DNA of 64,000 nt from Felis catus (Eukaryota): NCBI RefSeq assembly GCF_018350175.1, contig NC_058368.1, positions 97,962,001 through 98,026,000 of the forward strand, written 5' to 3'. This document shows positions 12,915-25,159 of the stretch, one piece after another (position 1 is the stretch's first letter; the number at the start of each line of letters is the position of its first letter). The notes beneath the pieces are model-generated. The model was not told the DNA's origin and ran no database searches. It was given only the letters and a program-made list of their open reading frames with translations. Both the position numbers and the translations under genes were made by a program.

Positions 12915-13155
12915 GCGCCCTTCAAGGACAAGCTGGAGCTCCACCTCCTCCATGAAACCTTGCTGTGTCTGCCTTACCCAGGCTCTGTGAACCTGTCCTT
13001 GTCCGCATTCCTGTGTTCACCTGCTGTGGGTAGTTGTTTAAGCACCTTGCAGGCATCTTGTCTTCACAACTTGCGCTAAACAGTTTCAGGTTTGGGAACA
13101 GCCTGTTGACTTCAGGAATATGGTTCTCTTTAGTAAGTACTCAATAAATGTGTGA
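12915..13155 (+). mobile_element. L2 3' fragment
   Basis: ccttcaagg...cacctcctccatgaaacctt and terminal tagtaagtactcaataaatg. Confidence 0.6.
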
Positions 13156-13393
13156 TGGTGGTGGTGAAGTAAATATTTGAGAGAGGTGGGAAGATGTGGG
13201 CTGGATTTATTTGGGAAAGACCACAGAGAAGATAGAGCTTGAACAAGTATTCAGGATTAGTTAGAATTTGAATTGTTGGCAGAAAGAGCCTTCTACAAAG
13301 TAGTATTTTTGGTTTGGCTTGAATAACTGTATGTCTGTACAAAAATATATAGGCACACATATGTACCTGTAGAGCCATCTGAATTTCTAGACC

Positions 13394-13507
13394 TACATAT
13401 ATATATATATATATACACACACACATGCATACATGCATATATATACACACGTGTATGTATGTACACATATATATACATATATATGTATATATACATATAC
13501 ACACACA

Positions 13508-13546
<39 letters not shown>
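13394..13546. repeat. Compound (TA)n/(CA)n/(TG)n microsatellite, left flank of inverted arm 2
   Basis: Direct read; includes an uninterrupted (TA)18 at 13511-13546. Confidence 0.95.
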
Positions 13547-13547
<1 letters not shown>

Positions 13548-13777
13548 TGTGTAAAACCAGGATTAATTTCTGGCTTATTAGATGGGCAGTTTAAATGGCA
13601 TTTCTGCTCATTCCAAACTGCCCTTCCTAGAAGCAGCTTGCACTCATGGACCCAGTTTGCCCCAAATTCCCAATATTTTTGCAGCAAGAAAGACTAAAAC
13701 TTGATTTTTGGAGCCAATTCTTCCCACAGTCCTAGTCTCTAAAACATTGTTGTTTTTCAAAATAGATGGGTATTGGT
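13545..13777 (-). repeat. Inverted repeat, arm 2 (copy of 11624-11861)
   Basis: See arm 1; also visible as the shared peptide [24 protein letters not shown] in ORFs 11605(+) and 13130(-). Confidence 0.97.
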
Positions 13778-13802
13778 GTATATATACTATATATATAGGG
13801 TG

Positions 13803-13835
<33 letters not shown>

Positions 13836-13886
13836 GTATATACCCTATGTATATACATATATATGTATACACATAGGGTGTGTGTT
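13778..13886. repeat. Compound (TA)n-rich microsatellite, right flank of inverted arm 2
   Basis: Direct read. Confidence 0.95.
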
Positions 13887-15534
13887 TGTAGTAGCTCGAC
13901 CCCCTTCCCCATGTGTGTTTCGAACTAGCTGTCAAGAATATTGTATTAAAATCTAGAGCACCAGTGATCTTACTCACTTAAAAAGTCTGGTATTGCATGT
14001 GAAACTAAAAACTTTTCAAATTAATTCCATCTCAGAGATGTGTTTGGAACCCTTGTCAGCACTTCCTAGTTCTGACAGGCCACTTGGATGCATGATGAGA
14101 ACATGGTGCTACAAGAGCAGGAATAGTCAAATCAGCCAGGAACCAGGTTTCTGTTTAGTACGACATTGATTTCAGATAGTACCAAGGTCACCAAACCATC
14201 TTCTTGTGCCCATTGGGTTTGGGGCACTAGATTTTTCTGTCCAGCAAGACATTTATTTATTCAGAATTTAAAGCTCAATTTCAAGTTGAGTGCTTTTTAA
14301 GTAGACCCAGCTTTTTTCCCCCCAATGTGTGAGGACCACTCAGCTTTGTTTACAATATGTATGACCTTGCAACAAGCCTTCCTCTTAAATCTCCCTGTGC
14401 TTTTGTATTCAGCATTAGCCGACTCCCACCATAAATTCAGTGCGGCCAATTGCTTTTCATAATGAAGTTCATGTAAATGGAAGTAGAGCAGAGGTTTTAT
14501 TAATGAGACTGATCTATTATTAAGACCGATTTGATCATCCTTTCTGAATAGTGAGATAAAAGTCAAAAATAATGTTCCTTGTCAACAGGCTTGATGAAGA
14601 AAATGAAGTTTGGAAAATTTACACATCTTAGTTTTTTGGGGGGGGGGACCGCAAGCAGGGTAATTTATTTTGAGTTCTATTCAAGGTTTTTATAACTTCT
14701 ATTAAAATCAGGATCTTCTGAAGGCGTATCAGTTGTACATAATGAAAATTTTATTCATGTGCAACATGGAGCCAGATGGTGATGTCTTTAGGGTCCATAT
14801 GTAGTCAATTTCTAGGATACCTATACACTCATATTTTCTTTTCTACTCTCCCCATGGATCTACTCATGGATGTCATGCCACGTATCTGGAGTTTTAGTGT
14901 GCAAAACATGGTCTGGTCAGGCCATTTGCTACCCAGCTCACATTAAAAACAAACAAACAAACAACCAAACAAACAGACCAACAAACTCAAATGGTATAAT
15001 TATTAATGGTGGTTTCATAGGAAGTAGGATATGCAATGGAGTGGTACAGTTTGAGATGAGGTGGGGCCCTTCTAAAGGTTCCTCAACCTGTATAGCTACT
15101 TGCTCTGCCTATTTTTGAATCACCGATGTTTTGAATATGTATGTCAAAGCCCTCATTGGTACCTTATTAATTTACGTTTGTTGCAAATTATTTCTTTCTA
15201 CATTTTTGTGTGTTTCTGACTCTTTAAAATGATTTAAAATGTAATAGCCTATGTTGGGAAATGTGAAAGAAGCTGAAGGAATTGAAACCCACTCAGGGAT
15301 GGATCAGTAAATCAACATTTAAAAAATGACATTGCCCAGGGCACTGGTGTATAGAGAGAAGTAGAAGATAATTAGGATAAAGCCCAAAAGGGTTTCTTGT
15401 GTTTGTGGATGAAGGATATACACAGGGACATGGAAAGAGATAGAGTTCTGATGGCTGCAGAGGGGGAGGTGGGAGGCAGGCTAACACTAGTCTTCTATCA
15501 GAGAAGAAGGCAAAGAAGTGTGTGGTGCTCTGCG

Positions 15535-16120
15535 GCATATCAGATATGAATCTCTCCATTTACAAAGGCCAGAAAATCAATTCAAACTGATTGAATTACA
15601 AAAAGAAGAGAATTTGTTGACTTATATACTGGCTTCATTAAAAAAAAAATTATTGGCTTTAATAATTAAAAATCCACAGAAGATACCCCTGAGTCCAAGT
15701 TCACAAGTAATTACATCAGAAATCTTTCTCCACTTCTGGGTTCTGCTCTCCTTTAATGGCTTCCTCCTCAGGTGGGCTCTCCACAGAAGCTTCTGAGCTG
15801 TAGCCTTCCTGTTGAGCAACCCTGATGGAAAGAAAGCACCTTTTCTAAGGGATCCGCTGCCCCCCCCCCCCCGCCCCACCATCTCTGAGCTGATTCTTGG
15901 GAACTGAGCTTAATTTGTTATTTCTTATGAACTAAACACAGTAGTCAGGGGATATGATGACCTGACTTTACAGGTTGGAGTTGTCTACCCATTTTTGAGC
16001 TTAGGAGGGTCAACTCCACCAACCTAGACCACAACTACTGAGGGCATGGGGGAAGGAGGTTCCCCCGCAAAAAGTTGGAGGCTAGTAGCAGAATGGGCTG
16101 TGACTAGGGTAGGCAAACAA
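15535..16120 (-). mobile_element. Old MLT1-type LTR
   Basis: cagaaaatcaattcaaactg...aaaaagaagagaatttgttgacttatatactg resembles the reverse MLT1J/K start; approximate. Confidence 0.55.
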
Positions 16121-16765
16121 AATGAAGCTAAAAAGCAAATGAAAAATTAAGAGGTCCACTGCATATGGTTACAGATAGTATCAGGATGGAGAATGGTTCA
16201 TCCTTAAGGGAGCCTGGGCTTTAAGGAAAAATATAAAACAGGCACTGATGTCACTCTAGGAGAATCTAATGAACATTATTCAGGAAATTATAGTGCTAAT
16301 ACTCAGTTATGGTTATTAAGAGAATGAATAGCTAAATCAAAGAACATATTTTCATGCAGCTGTCTCAAATAATTAGAAAAGTATGTGAGAAGATTGATCC
16401 AACTAAAGGATTTTCAAAGCTTTCTAGGGGAAACTTTTAGGTCCAAGTTATGATCATTGTTAGCAATAGTGGGTGATTTTGCAAAAAAGGAAAACATCCT
16501 TGCAGAACATTTGTTTTTCAGCCTCAACTTTATATACGTGCCAATCAGTAAACTTGCAATGTAGGAGCAAGTGACTTCATTTTGCTAACAAAATACTGCA
16601 TCCTTCACCAGAATAACTTAATTTGTGTACAAGAGAAAAAGGTATTGTTACTAAATCCCTTTAACTTAAACTATAGGCACATACTTGTCATTCTAATAGG
16701 GGTGCTTTGGTTAACATTTCCAAGTTAAATATGGTTTGTGAATTTATTCTAGTTTTGTTTATTTT

Positions 16766-16984
16766 CTTAAAATTTTTTTTAACATTTATTCATTTTTGAG
16801 AGACAGAGAAAGACAGAACTTGGACGGGGGAGGGGCAGAGAGAGACGGAGATACAGAATCCGAAGCAGGCTCTAGGCTCTGAGCTGTCAGCACAGAGCCT
16901 GAAATGGGGCTCAAATTCATGAACTCTGAGATCGTGACCTGAGCTGAAGTCGGATGCTTAACTGACTGAACCACGCAGGTGCCC
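16766..16984 (-). mobile_element. Can-SINE
   Basis: Reverse head, body and tail all present. Confidence 0.95.
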
Positions 16985-17129
16985 TGTTTAATTATTTTCA
17001 AAGTGGTAAAAAAAAAAAAAAGAAATTTTGTGCCAAGTTATAGAGGATATATAGTGCACAGCTTTTGTATTTTGGATCACCTCTGTTTAATGTTAAAAAT
17101 AATGTTGCTTGAAAATTTGATACGTATGT

Positions 17130-18170
17130 CAAAAAATTCAGTCAATGCACCTGGATACAATTCAGGAATTATTGAAGACAGATACTGCAGAGGATATGAA
17201 CAAACATAACATTTCCTGCTTTCAAGCAGTTTGAAATTTAGCATAGCAAAAATTTCTATATTTTATAATCATGATTATAATACACTTTAGTACATAAATA
17301 GTATTATATACGAGCTTATAAGACATAATAGTACATGATGATAATATGTAGTACAAAATTATCACATACTAGAGTACAAGTCTGTAAGAGTGATATAAGT
17401 CAAATATTCATGAGAAGAAGGAAGCATTTCCTTGGAGGAAAGTAAAGAGGGAAGTTTTTGAAGGAACTCGACACATGTATCTTTCTTACAGATACGATTG
17501 GTTGGCAAAAGGTTTTCCCATTACAGTAAATAATGTAGAGGCAAGGCATGTGTTATATTTTAAGAATAGGATAAAGATCATGAAGAGAATGGGGGCCAGA
17601 TGAGGCTGGAAAGGCAGATGGAAGCCCACACGAGAAGGTATGCAATGATTCACAATCTAGATTCCCTGTTTGGCGACAAATTTAGATATGGGGTTGTGGG
17701 AGAAGGTAGGAAATATGTCTGAGGTGGTGAAGGTGGTGGACTGGGAAGCAGCTCATGGCATTAATAGAAAAAGTCAAGTCCAGAGGTGTTGCCAGTTACT
17801 GTTAAGTTTGGGATGAATTTATTTATTTTTCTTATTTTAGAGGGAGACAGAGACAGAGGAGAATCTGCTGTGGGGCTTGATCCCATTACCCTGGGATCAT
17901 GACCTGAGCAGAAATCAAGAGTCAGATGCTCAACCAAATGAGCCTCGTAGGTGCCCCAAAGGGATGAATTCATTTTAAGTGGCTGGAGAAGATCCAAGCA
18001 GTTGGGGCTGTAAGTTGAGAGTAATGGTTAGGTTAGAGAAAGACTTTTGCATTCTTCTGCCTGGAGGTCATGGTTGAAGGAAGGCATAAGAAGAACGGAT
18101 GACATTATACAATGAGTGAAAATTTGAGGACAGACACTTAGAAGAAAAAAGAGTGAGTGATGGTTTGTAG
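17130..18170 (-). mobile_element. Degraded L2 fragments (interrupted by a SINE)
   Basis: Purine-rich reverse-L2-like motifs (agatgaggctggaaaggcag, gatgaattcattttaagt, gagtaatggttaggttagaga). Confidence 0.45.
17820..17957 (-). mobile_element. Short, internally deleted Can-SINE
   Basis: Reverse head gtgcccc; TSD gggatgaatt on both sides. Confidence 0.85.
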
Positions 18171-18464
18171 ATCAGTGGAGCTTGGTCTGACTGTACTTGG
18201 TCTCTGACCTTGTCACCAATCTCCTCTACATGTGCTTTTTTGTCCAGAATTGACTTCTTTCTCTCCCATCCCTTTGTTGGCTTCAGTTTGTGCTAAAAGA
18301 AGTGTAAAGAGGTTCCTGTTCAACAAGATCTTGTATCAGGATCAAGTTCTTAGCATGGCACTTAGATTGCTGGTGAGTTGATTTATTTTTGGCCTTGCAT
18401 TTTTCAGGCTTTTTACCCACCCCTGACTCACATACATACTTCTTAACTTGTAACTCAATTTACC

Positions 18465-18890
18465 AAGTAGAGTCTGTGCAGCAAACAGATGGCAAATTTA
18501 AAGGGCTTAAAAAAAAGTTCAGTAAAGGGGAAACGTGCAATGGTGTCAGGAGGCTCAAGGGAAAAGCTGGACTTCCGGGGACAAAAGGAAGTGGTAGTTA
18601 CAATAAGCAGGGGAGAGTTGCAGCCATGGGAGGGAGTCCATGTGATAGGAGTTGCTGCCAAACAGCACAATCACAGCCGAGTATCACCAGGAGGAGTGCA
18701 GGAGGGTAAATTCTCCAATCTCTCCCTTTTTCCACTCTCCTGTCTCCTGCCAGTGCCAACCACTGGTAGACCAATATGGAAGCCAGAGAGCAAGGTAGCC
18801 GGGCGGTACTATCAGTAGCGGTAAGGTTACCGCGGGGGGAGAAAAAGCAGATTAGAGAAAAGTGGAGAGTATGTTTGGAAGGGTAGAAGG
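18465..18890 (-). mobile_element. LTR33-like ERVL LTR
   Basis: cagcaaacagatggcaaatttaaa and ctcctgccagtgccaaccactgg...ggaagccagagagcaagg recalled as LTR33 hallmarks. Confidence 0.6.
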
Positions 18891-19273
18891 GATACACACC
18901 ACACTTGACTTCCTGTTCTTTTTTCTACTCCTGACTTCTGATAAGGGCATTTTACTTTACCCTTGCTTGTACTACTTAGACCCTGGCTTCCTCCTGCTTT
19001 TTGTGATCTCTAATCGGTCAGAAGGTGCTTTAAAGGCGCTAAGGACTTGTCAAACACTTCTCCTTTTTCATTTCCTTTTGTTTTTCCTCATTCATCTTAA
19101 GCTGTGGAGTGTTTAAAGAACTTAAAGGAAAAAAGGCACAAGAAGGCAAAAAAGACAGATGCTTGGACTGGGGGCTTCCTTTTATGTCTTTGCACAAAAG
19201 GCAGATATTACACATGACTAAGAGTTTGACTATTAAATATGATCAAGCATTTATCTTGGCGATGTCTGTATTC

Positions 19274-19439
19274 TTTTGTTTTTATTATTATTTTAGAGAG
19301 AGAGGTGGGGGAGGGAGAGAAGGAGAGAGAATTTTAAGCAGGCTCATACCCAGCTCATACCTCATACGCAGGGCTCCATCACACCATCCTGCGATCATGA
19401 CCTGAGCGAAATCAACAGAGTAAGCCACCCAGGTGCCCC
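19274..19439 (-). mobile_element. Can-SINE (degraded)
   Basis: agccacccaggtgcccc, gatcatgacctgag. Confidence 0.85.
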
Positions 19440-19894
19440 AAGGGGAGTTTTGTATTCTCAGTTGGGTTTTCCTTTTAAAGCTACCAGTAAATAACTCACT
19501 GAGGTAGACAGTCCCGGCTGCCTACCCAACATCATTGCCATATTTCTACCTTGATAACAGACTCATTTTGTTTCAGCATTTGTGGCCAAGAGCTTTTGGA
19601 AAGGCTGGTTTTTCATAGCAACAGAGGTGAACTGTGGTTAGTCTAAGAAGCAAACCGAGATGTAGCAGGATGCTAAATACTATTTTTTTTGTGTGAGTTT
19701 CATAATTGTAATTGGGGTTCCCAAACTGAGGACAAAGAGTGTTCAGGAATCATATATTCTAAATACAGGTTATAAATCACCTATGAAGAATTTCACATGA
19801 TTGATATTCAAAACAAATCCAGCAACTAAGTCCATTACCCACATCAAGAGTATATAAGAAGTTAGGATACTTACAGAGAGATTTTATTGGAGAA

Positions 19895-20239
19895 TGTATC
19901 AGTCTTCTAGTGTTACCCTAACAATAGGAATTTATATTCTCACAGTATGAAGGCTAAAAGTCCAAGATGAAGGTGCTGAAAGGGCTGTTTTTTTGGTCAG
20001 GCCACTCTACCTGGCTTGCAGATGGCCACCTTCTTGATGTGTCTTCACATGCATGTGGACAGAGAGAGAGCTCTCTGATCTCTCTTCCTCTACTTATAAG
20101 GACACCAATCTTATTGGATTAGGGTCCCACCTTAATGACATCATTTAACCTTTCCAAAGACCCCAGCTCCAAATACCATCAAATTGGGGATCAGGGCCTC
20201 AAACTATGAATTTGGGGGCACATAATTCAATCCATAACA
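19895..20239 (-). mobile_element. MLT1A-like LTR
   Basis: tgtatcag...gtccaagatgaaggtg...tataaggacaccaatcttattggattaggg...cataattcaatccataaca. Confidence 0.85.
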
Positions 20240-20829
20240 GAGAGGATTCTGTATGGAGCTGTACTTCTGCACACTTGAAGCTGAGTGAGTAGAGGACTTG
20301 AAGAAACGACTTACAGAATGTTGGGGGTGTTTTCCAGGAGGAGAAATGGAGCTACTGGAGTCACAGATGTAGCAAACTGATCAACTCAGAGTACAGGAAG
20401 ATAGTTCCTGATTTGGGAAGCGAGAGACTTCAGGGGAGTCTCACTGGAGCTTTCCAATAATGTGAGTAGAAAGGGTTTCAGTGGATACAAGTCATTTCCC
20501 ACTGAATCAGTCTCCCTCTCTATTTATCTATCTATCCACCTATCTTTACCTTACTTTGGTGACACCACTGACTGTTGGTAGTGAAAGACCCTGGTACTCA
20601 TATCCATAACTATACCTGATTTAGTTCTGAGAAATGCCTTTCAAAAGCGGAATCTAATATAGAAGACATAAGGAAAATCTTGATAGCCCTGTGTACACAG
20701 AAGCTTAAAACCCTGTCAGTAATATTAATGATGAATCTAAAAAAAATTGTAACGTAAGAAAACCCAAAGTTTATTATCTTTAATGAATCTCCCTCCAAAT
20801 TTTCGAGAAATGAACAAGGTTGATTCATA

Positions 20830-22410
20830 AAGAAAGAAATATAAAAAGCCAATAAAGACATGGAAATATGTTTAAACTTGGGAGTGAGCACTCTTCTACA
20901 CTGTTGGTGGGAATACAAATTGGTAAAACCAGTTTAGGAATAAGTATCAAACTATGTATCTTTGATCCAGTATCTCCAATTTTGCCACCAAACAAATGAT
21001 CAGAGAGCACGCAGAGAAATCTGTGAAACAATGTTCGCAATTGTGTTGTTGATAATGATGAAAAAATGGAAAAAGACTTACATTTCCACAAAATATTTAT
21101 GTGGTAAAATACTATGCAGCTATTAATCATATTTTAATTAACTGGGGATAGTCTTGTGATAGAAGAATGTTAAAAAAATAGAAGGACACACACACAGGAC
21201 CCAAAAAGCACTACCCATAAGAGAAAAAAGTAGTAAATGGGACTTCATCAAAATTGAAACATTAGTCTCATTCTCATTAAACCAAAAATTGTTAGTAAAA
21301 TAAAAAGCAATCCATAGACTGGGAGAAAATAACCGCAATACACATATCTGATGATTGCTACAAGTCAACAATGAAAAGAAAACCAACCCAATAAAAAATG
21401 TGCAAAAGACTTGGGCTCTACTTAAGATAATAGGAGGGGCGCCTGGGTGGCTCAGTCAGTTGAGGGTCTGACTCTTGGTTTCGGCTCAGGTCATGATCTC
21501 ACGGTTTGTGAGTTCCCAATCTCTGCTTGGGATTCTGTCTCTCCATCTCTCTCTACCTCTCCCCTGCCCCCTCTCTGTGTCTCTCCTTCAAAATAAATTA
21601 AAAAAACTTTAAAAAATAAAAAAAATTGAGAAGATATAAGAATAGCCAATACATACCTGAAAAGGGGATTTACATCAGCAATCATCAGGAAAATGCAAAT
21701 CATAGCCACAGTAAGATACTACCATACACCCACTGGAGTGGCTAAAATTAAAATGATGGATAATGCCAAATATTGGCGAAGACTAGAACTCTTATGTACT
21801 ACTGGTAGGAGTGTGAAATTGTACAACTATTTTGGAAAACTGTTTGGCAGTTGCTCGTAAAGTTAAATATACACTTCCCCTATGACCCAGCAATTCCTTT
21901 CCTAGGAATTACCGAAGAGAAACAAAATCATATGTCTACAAAAAGACTTGTACAAGAATATTCTTAGAAGCTTTATTCATAATACCAAAAACTGGCAGCA
22001 AATGTTCACCAACAAGAAAATGGATAAACAAATTGTGATATCTATCCACAGAATAGAATATTATTCAGCAGTTAATGAATTACTGATAAAAAACAACAAA
22101 CTGGAGGATTTTCAAAAACATATTAAGTTGTGCAAAAGAAGTCAGACACATAGATGATATAAGTATGATTCCAAATAGTATATGAATTTCAAGGACAGGG
22201 AAAACAAATCTATGGTGACAGAAATCAGAATAATGATTGCTTATGTGTGGGAAGGGCAATAGCCCGGAATAGGGAATGAAGGAACTTTTAGCAATGACAG
22301 AATCATTCTCTTGATTGAAGTGGAAATTATATGGGCTTGTAAAATTATCAGAATTCATCAGGGTGTATACTAAAAATAAATATAATTCATTGATTGTAGA
22401 TTATATTCAA
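20830..22410 (+). mobile_element. Old L1 (L1MB-L1ME type) ORF2 end and 3' UTR fragments
   Basis: gacttcatcaaaattgaaac, tatgacccagcaattccttt, aaatggataaacaaattgtg, aaagaagtcagacac. Confidence 0.85.
21436..21625 (+). mobile_element. Can-SINE inserted in old L1
   Basis: ggggcgcctgggtggctcagtcagttgag head; internal deletion; A-rich tail. Confidence 0.93.
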
Positions 22411-23064
22411 TTTTTAGAAAGGACTCAAAGAAGTGCAGTCTGGATAGGCAGTCCAAAGGGCAAGAGGTGCTCAAATTTTCCCTTAGCTAAGATTCCATAG
22501 GAAGAGACCACTTACTAGTTGGTCTTGTGGGTGTTTCTCTGCAGACGAGATAGAAGCATAGACTGATGATTCTTGTGCCCCAGTGATCGTCCAATCCACC
22601 CAGTTCTTTCTTTGCTGACTGTATGCTTACTGACAATGTTCTCAATGTAGCAATTGTTTCCCCATATAGATTTTCTTGTTGAAGAGGGAAAGTGCTGATC
22701 AGTAGACATGCTAGGCTGCCAAGTTGATAGCTACGGACTGACTAATGTGTATTCTGCTTAGTTCTGCTTACTATGGGTCAGTATGAATGTATGAATGGCT
22801 TCTCTTGAGGAAAGTTACCTTCAGTTGACCTTTTATCCTGATTCAGCAGTATCCCAAGCATCATTGCCTACCTACCAAGAACCTACAGGACGTCCACAGG
22901 CCTCTTCTAAAAAAGCCAGTCCTCTAACTGCTCAACAGCTTTGTGAAGAAGCAGTTTGATTACAGTGTATACACTCCTTCTCAGATCTTTAATTTCTTCA
23001 AGGGGTTTTGGCTTGTTACATGGCAGCATGAGATGATGTGATCATCACAGATGTGATGTGGTTT

Positions 23065-23544
23065 TGTCTTGTCTTGTCGTGTCTTGTCTTATCTTGTCTT
23101 ATCTTATCTTACCTTTGAGAGAGAAGAGAGACCATAAGCAGGTGAGAAGGGCAGAGGGAGAGTGAGAGAGAATCTTTTTGAAAAAAAATTTTATGTTGAT
23201 TTACTTTTGAGAGAGAGAGAGAGTGAGAGAGAGAGTGGGAGCAGGGGAGGGGAAGAGAGAGAGGGAGACACAGAATCCAAAGCAGGCTCTAGGCTCTAAG
23301 CTGTTAGCACAGAGCCCTACGTGGGGCCCGAACCCACGAACCATGAGATCATGACCTGCGCCGAAGTGGGATGCTTAACCGACTGAGCCACCCAGCACCC
23401 TGAGAGTGAGAGAGAATCTTAAGCAGACTCTGCGTTGTCAATGCAGAGCCCAACATGGGGCTTCATCCTATGAACACTGGAATCATGACCTAAAGCTGAA
23501 ATCAAGAGTTGGATCCTCAGCCAATTGGGCCACCCAAGTGCCCC
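23065..23544 (-). mobile_element. Can-SINE (outer), tail converted to (TCTTG/TCTTA)n, split by a nested SINE
   Basis: Head ends at 23544; body resumes left of 23176. Confidence 0.88.
23177..23400 (-). mobile_element. Can-SINE nested in another SINE
   Basis: Perfect 19-bp TSD gagagtgagagagaatctt (23158-23176, 23402-23420). Confidence 0.93.
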
Positions 23545-24622
23545 ATGATGCTGATTTTAAATTCAAGTAGGATCCACAGCAGGATGGGGTTATGGGGTAG
23601 AGAAGCCTGCCTTCCAATTTGAGATTTATCATAGTTTTGACATTAGGTGCATTTTCTGTCATAGTGAGTTAAAGGCCTCATGTTTCTGTGGTTCACTGAC
23701 ATCTTGCTGTAATTGGTGCCCACTGCACTCATGGAAATAAAGGAGATGCTGTTAAAATGATGGTGGTTAATGAAAAGATGGGGACACTGTTTTGATTGGG
23801 GGGATGAGAAGAGGGGAAGCAATAACATAAAAACTACTTGACAGCGGCAGAGGGGCACTCTTTTCCATTTATTTTCCAAACTGTAATTTAAAAAAAAATT
23901 GCCTTAAGAAGAATCACAAGAAAACTTAGTCTATTATTGCTTTCAGATAACCTGGTAATTTACCATTAAATGAACAGAAAATAAGAACAGTATGAACATC
24001 AATAAAAGCTAGGTTTGGGAAAAATTGCTTTGTGCAGAAAGAAAATTCTGTAATTTATCCCAAACTCAACTCACCAGATTCATAGCATGATGTAATCCTT
24101 GTCTGTTACATAGCATTCTGTGCAAATTAATTTAGGAGATCACTTTCTTTGTTCTTTAAGGTGAAACATGAAGCTCAGACACTATTTTATTCTCAGAGTT
24201 AACAGATTATATATAAAACGAGTATAAGATATTTACCAATATACAATATGCAATTCTACATATAGATATGGGGGAAAAAGAGCATTTAATATCATTTTAA
24301 AGATGCTTTGTGGGAGATCTTTTAAATATGACAGAAGCTGCTCCGAGTTGAAAAGATACTTTATGATTTTATAATATGTATACATATATCTATAAGTTTA
24401 GATTATAAAAAAGTTCTTTGCACATTTCATGGAAAATTTGGACAACTATAAAAAACACTGTAAAAATATCCAGAGATAAGCCCTGCTAGTATTTCAGTGA
24501 CCCGTCCTTGCCTATTTTTTCAGTTTAGAAATAATTTTCTGTTTAACGTTATATGAAGGCATTGTCAAAGGTCCTAAATAGCGTTCAAAAACATTGCTTT
24601 CAATGACTAGCCTGGGTCTCAC

Positions 24623-24634
24623 GATGACGTCATC
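24623..24634. promoter_or_regulatory. Full CRE (TGACGTCA) in a 12-bp palindrome
   Basis: gatgacgtcatc; CREB/ATF consensus. Confidence 0.8.
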
Positions 24635-24657
24635 AGGATTGCGACAGCGGCGGTTCG

Positions 24658-24667
24658 CTGACGTCAG
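24658..24667. promoter_or_regulatory. Second full CRE in a 10-bp palindrome
   Basis: ctgacgtcag. Confidence 0.8.
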
Positions 24668-24669
24668 GC

Positions 24670-24771
24670 CTCCTGCGTGGACCAAGGCAGCACTGGGAGG
24701 ATCCCAGCAGCCCTGGCGAGGCTGAGGCACCCCTCGCCTCCGCCCCTGAGACAAAGGACCACGTGGGAAGG
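24670..24771 (+). other. Candidate non-coding first exon (start approximate)
   Basis: Lies just downstream of the CREs, has no ATG, ends at donor AGG|gtaaga (intron from 24772). Confidence 0.55.
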
Positions 24772-25159
24772 GTAAGAGAAGCGGCCGCAGGCTTACCTCG
24801 TGGTCCCTGGGGGGCACCCATGGTTTCGGTTTTGTTTCTCCAGTGTTTGCCAGAGAGCAGGAGGCGCGCACCCAGCTACCCCCGCGTGGAAGGGTGCTAC
24901 CCAGGAGGCTCGCTGGGAGTATCCTCTCATGGAGGTCACTCGGGGAATCTGCAGGGCTCTGCCCCTCGAGATCAGAGAAGGGGGCGGCCTTAGGACAACC
25001 AGCACTCAGGTCCGGGCCGATCGCATTTCTGCGTGCAGTGACGCCATCGCCACCGAGCAGAGATCCCAACCAGTGGCTCTGTCCTTCTGCAGAACCACGC
25101 CAGCGGCCTCGCGTGGCCGGGTTGCTTGGTTGGCAATTCTGCCAGATTTGGGGCCTCAG

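Larger units (their letters stand above)
24590..25130. promoter_or_regulatory. CpG-rich island, probable promoter
   Basis: Only extended GC/CpG-dense non-SINE stretch in the window; carries CREs, GC box (ccgccc 24740-24745), E-box (cacgtg 24760-24765) and a NotI site. Confidence 0.8.

Noticed and set aside
13130..13977. ORFs of up to 185 aa rich in Y/I/C/M/H/T
   Set aside because: Stop-free translations of TA/CA microsatellite plus the inverted arm; not protein-like.
22512..22713. Minus-strand exon candidates with gtaag donors
   Set aside because: No pyrimidine tract at the putative acceptor; peptides unrecognised.
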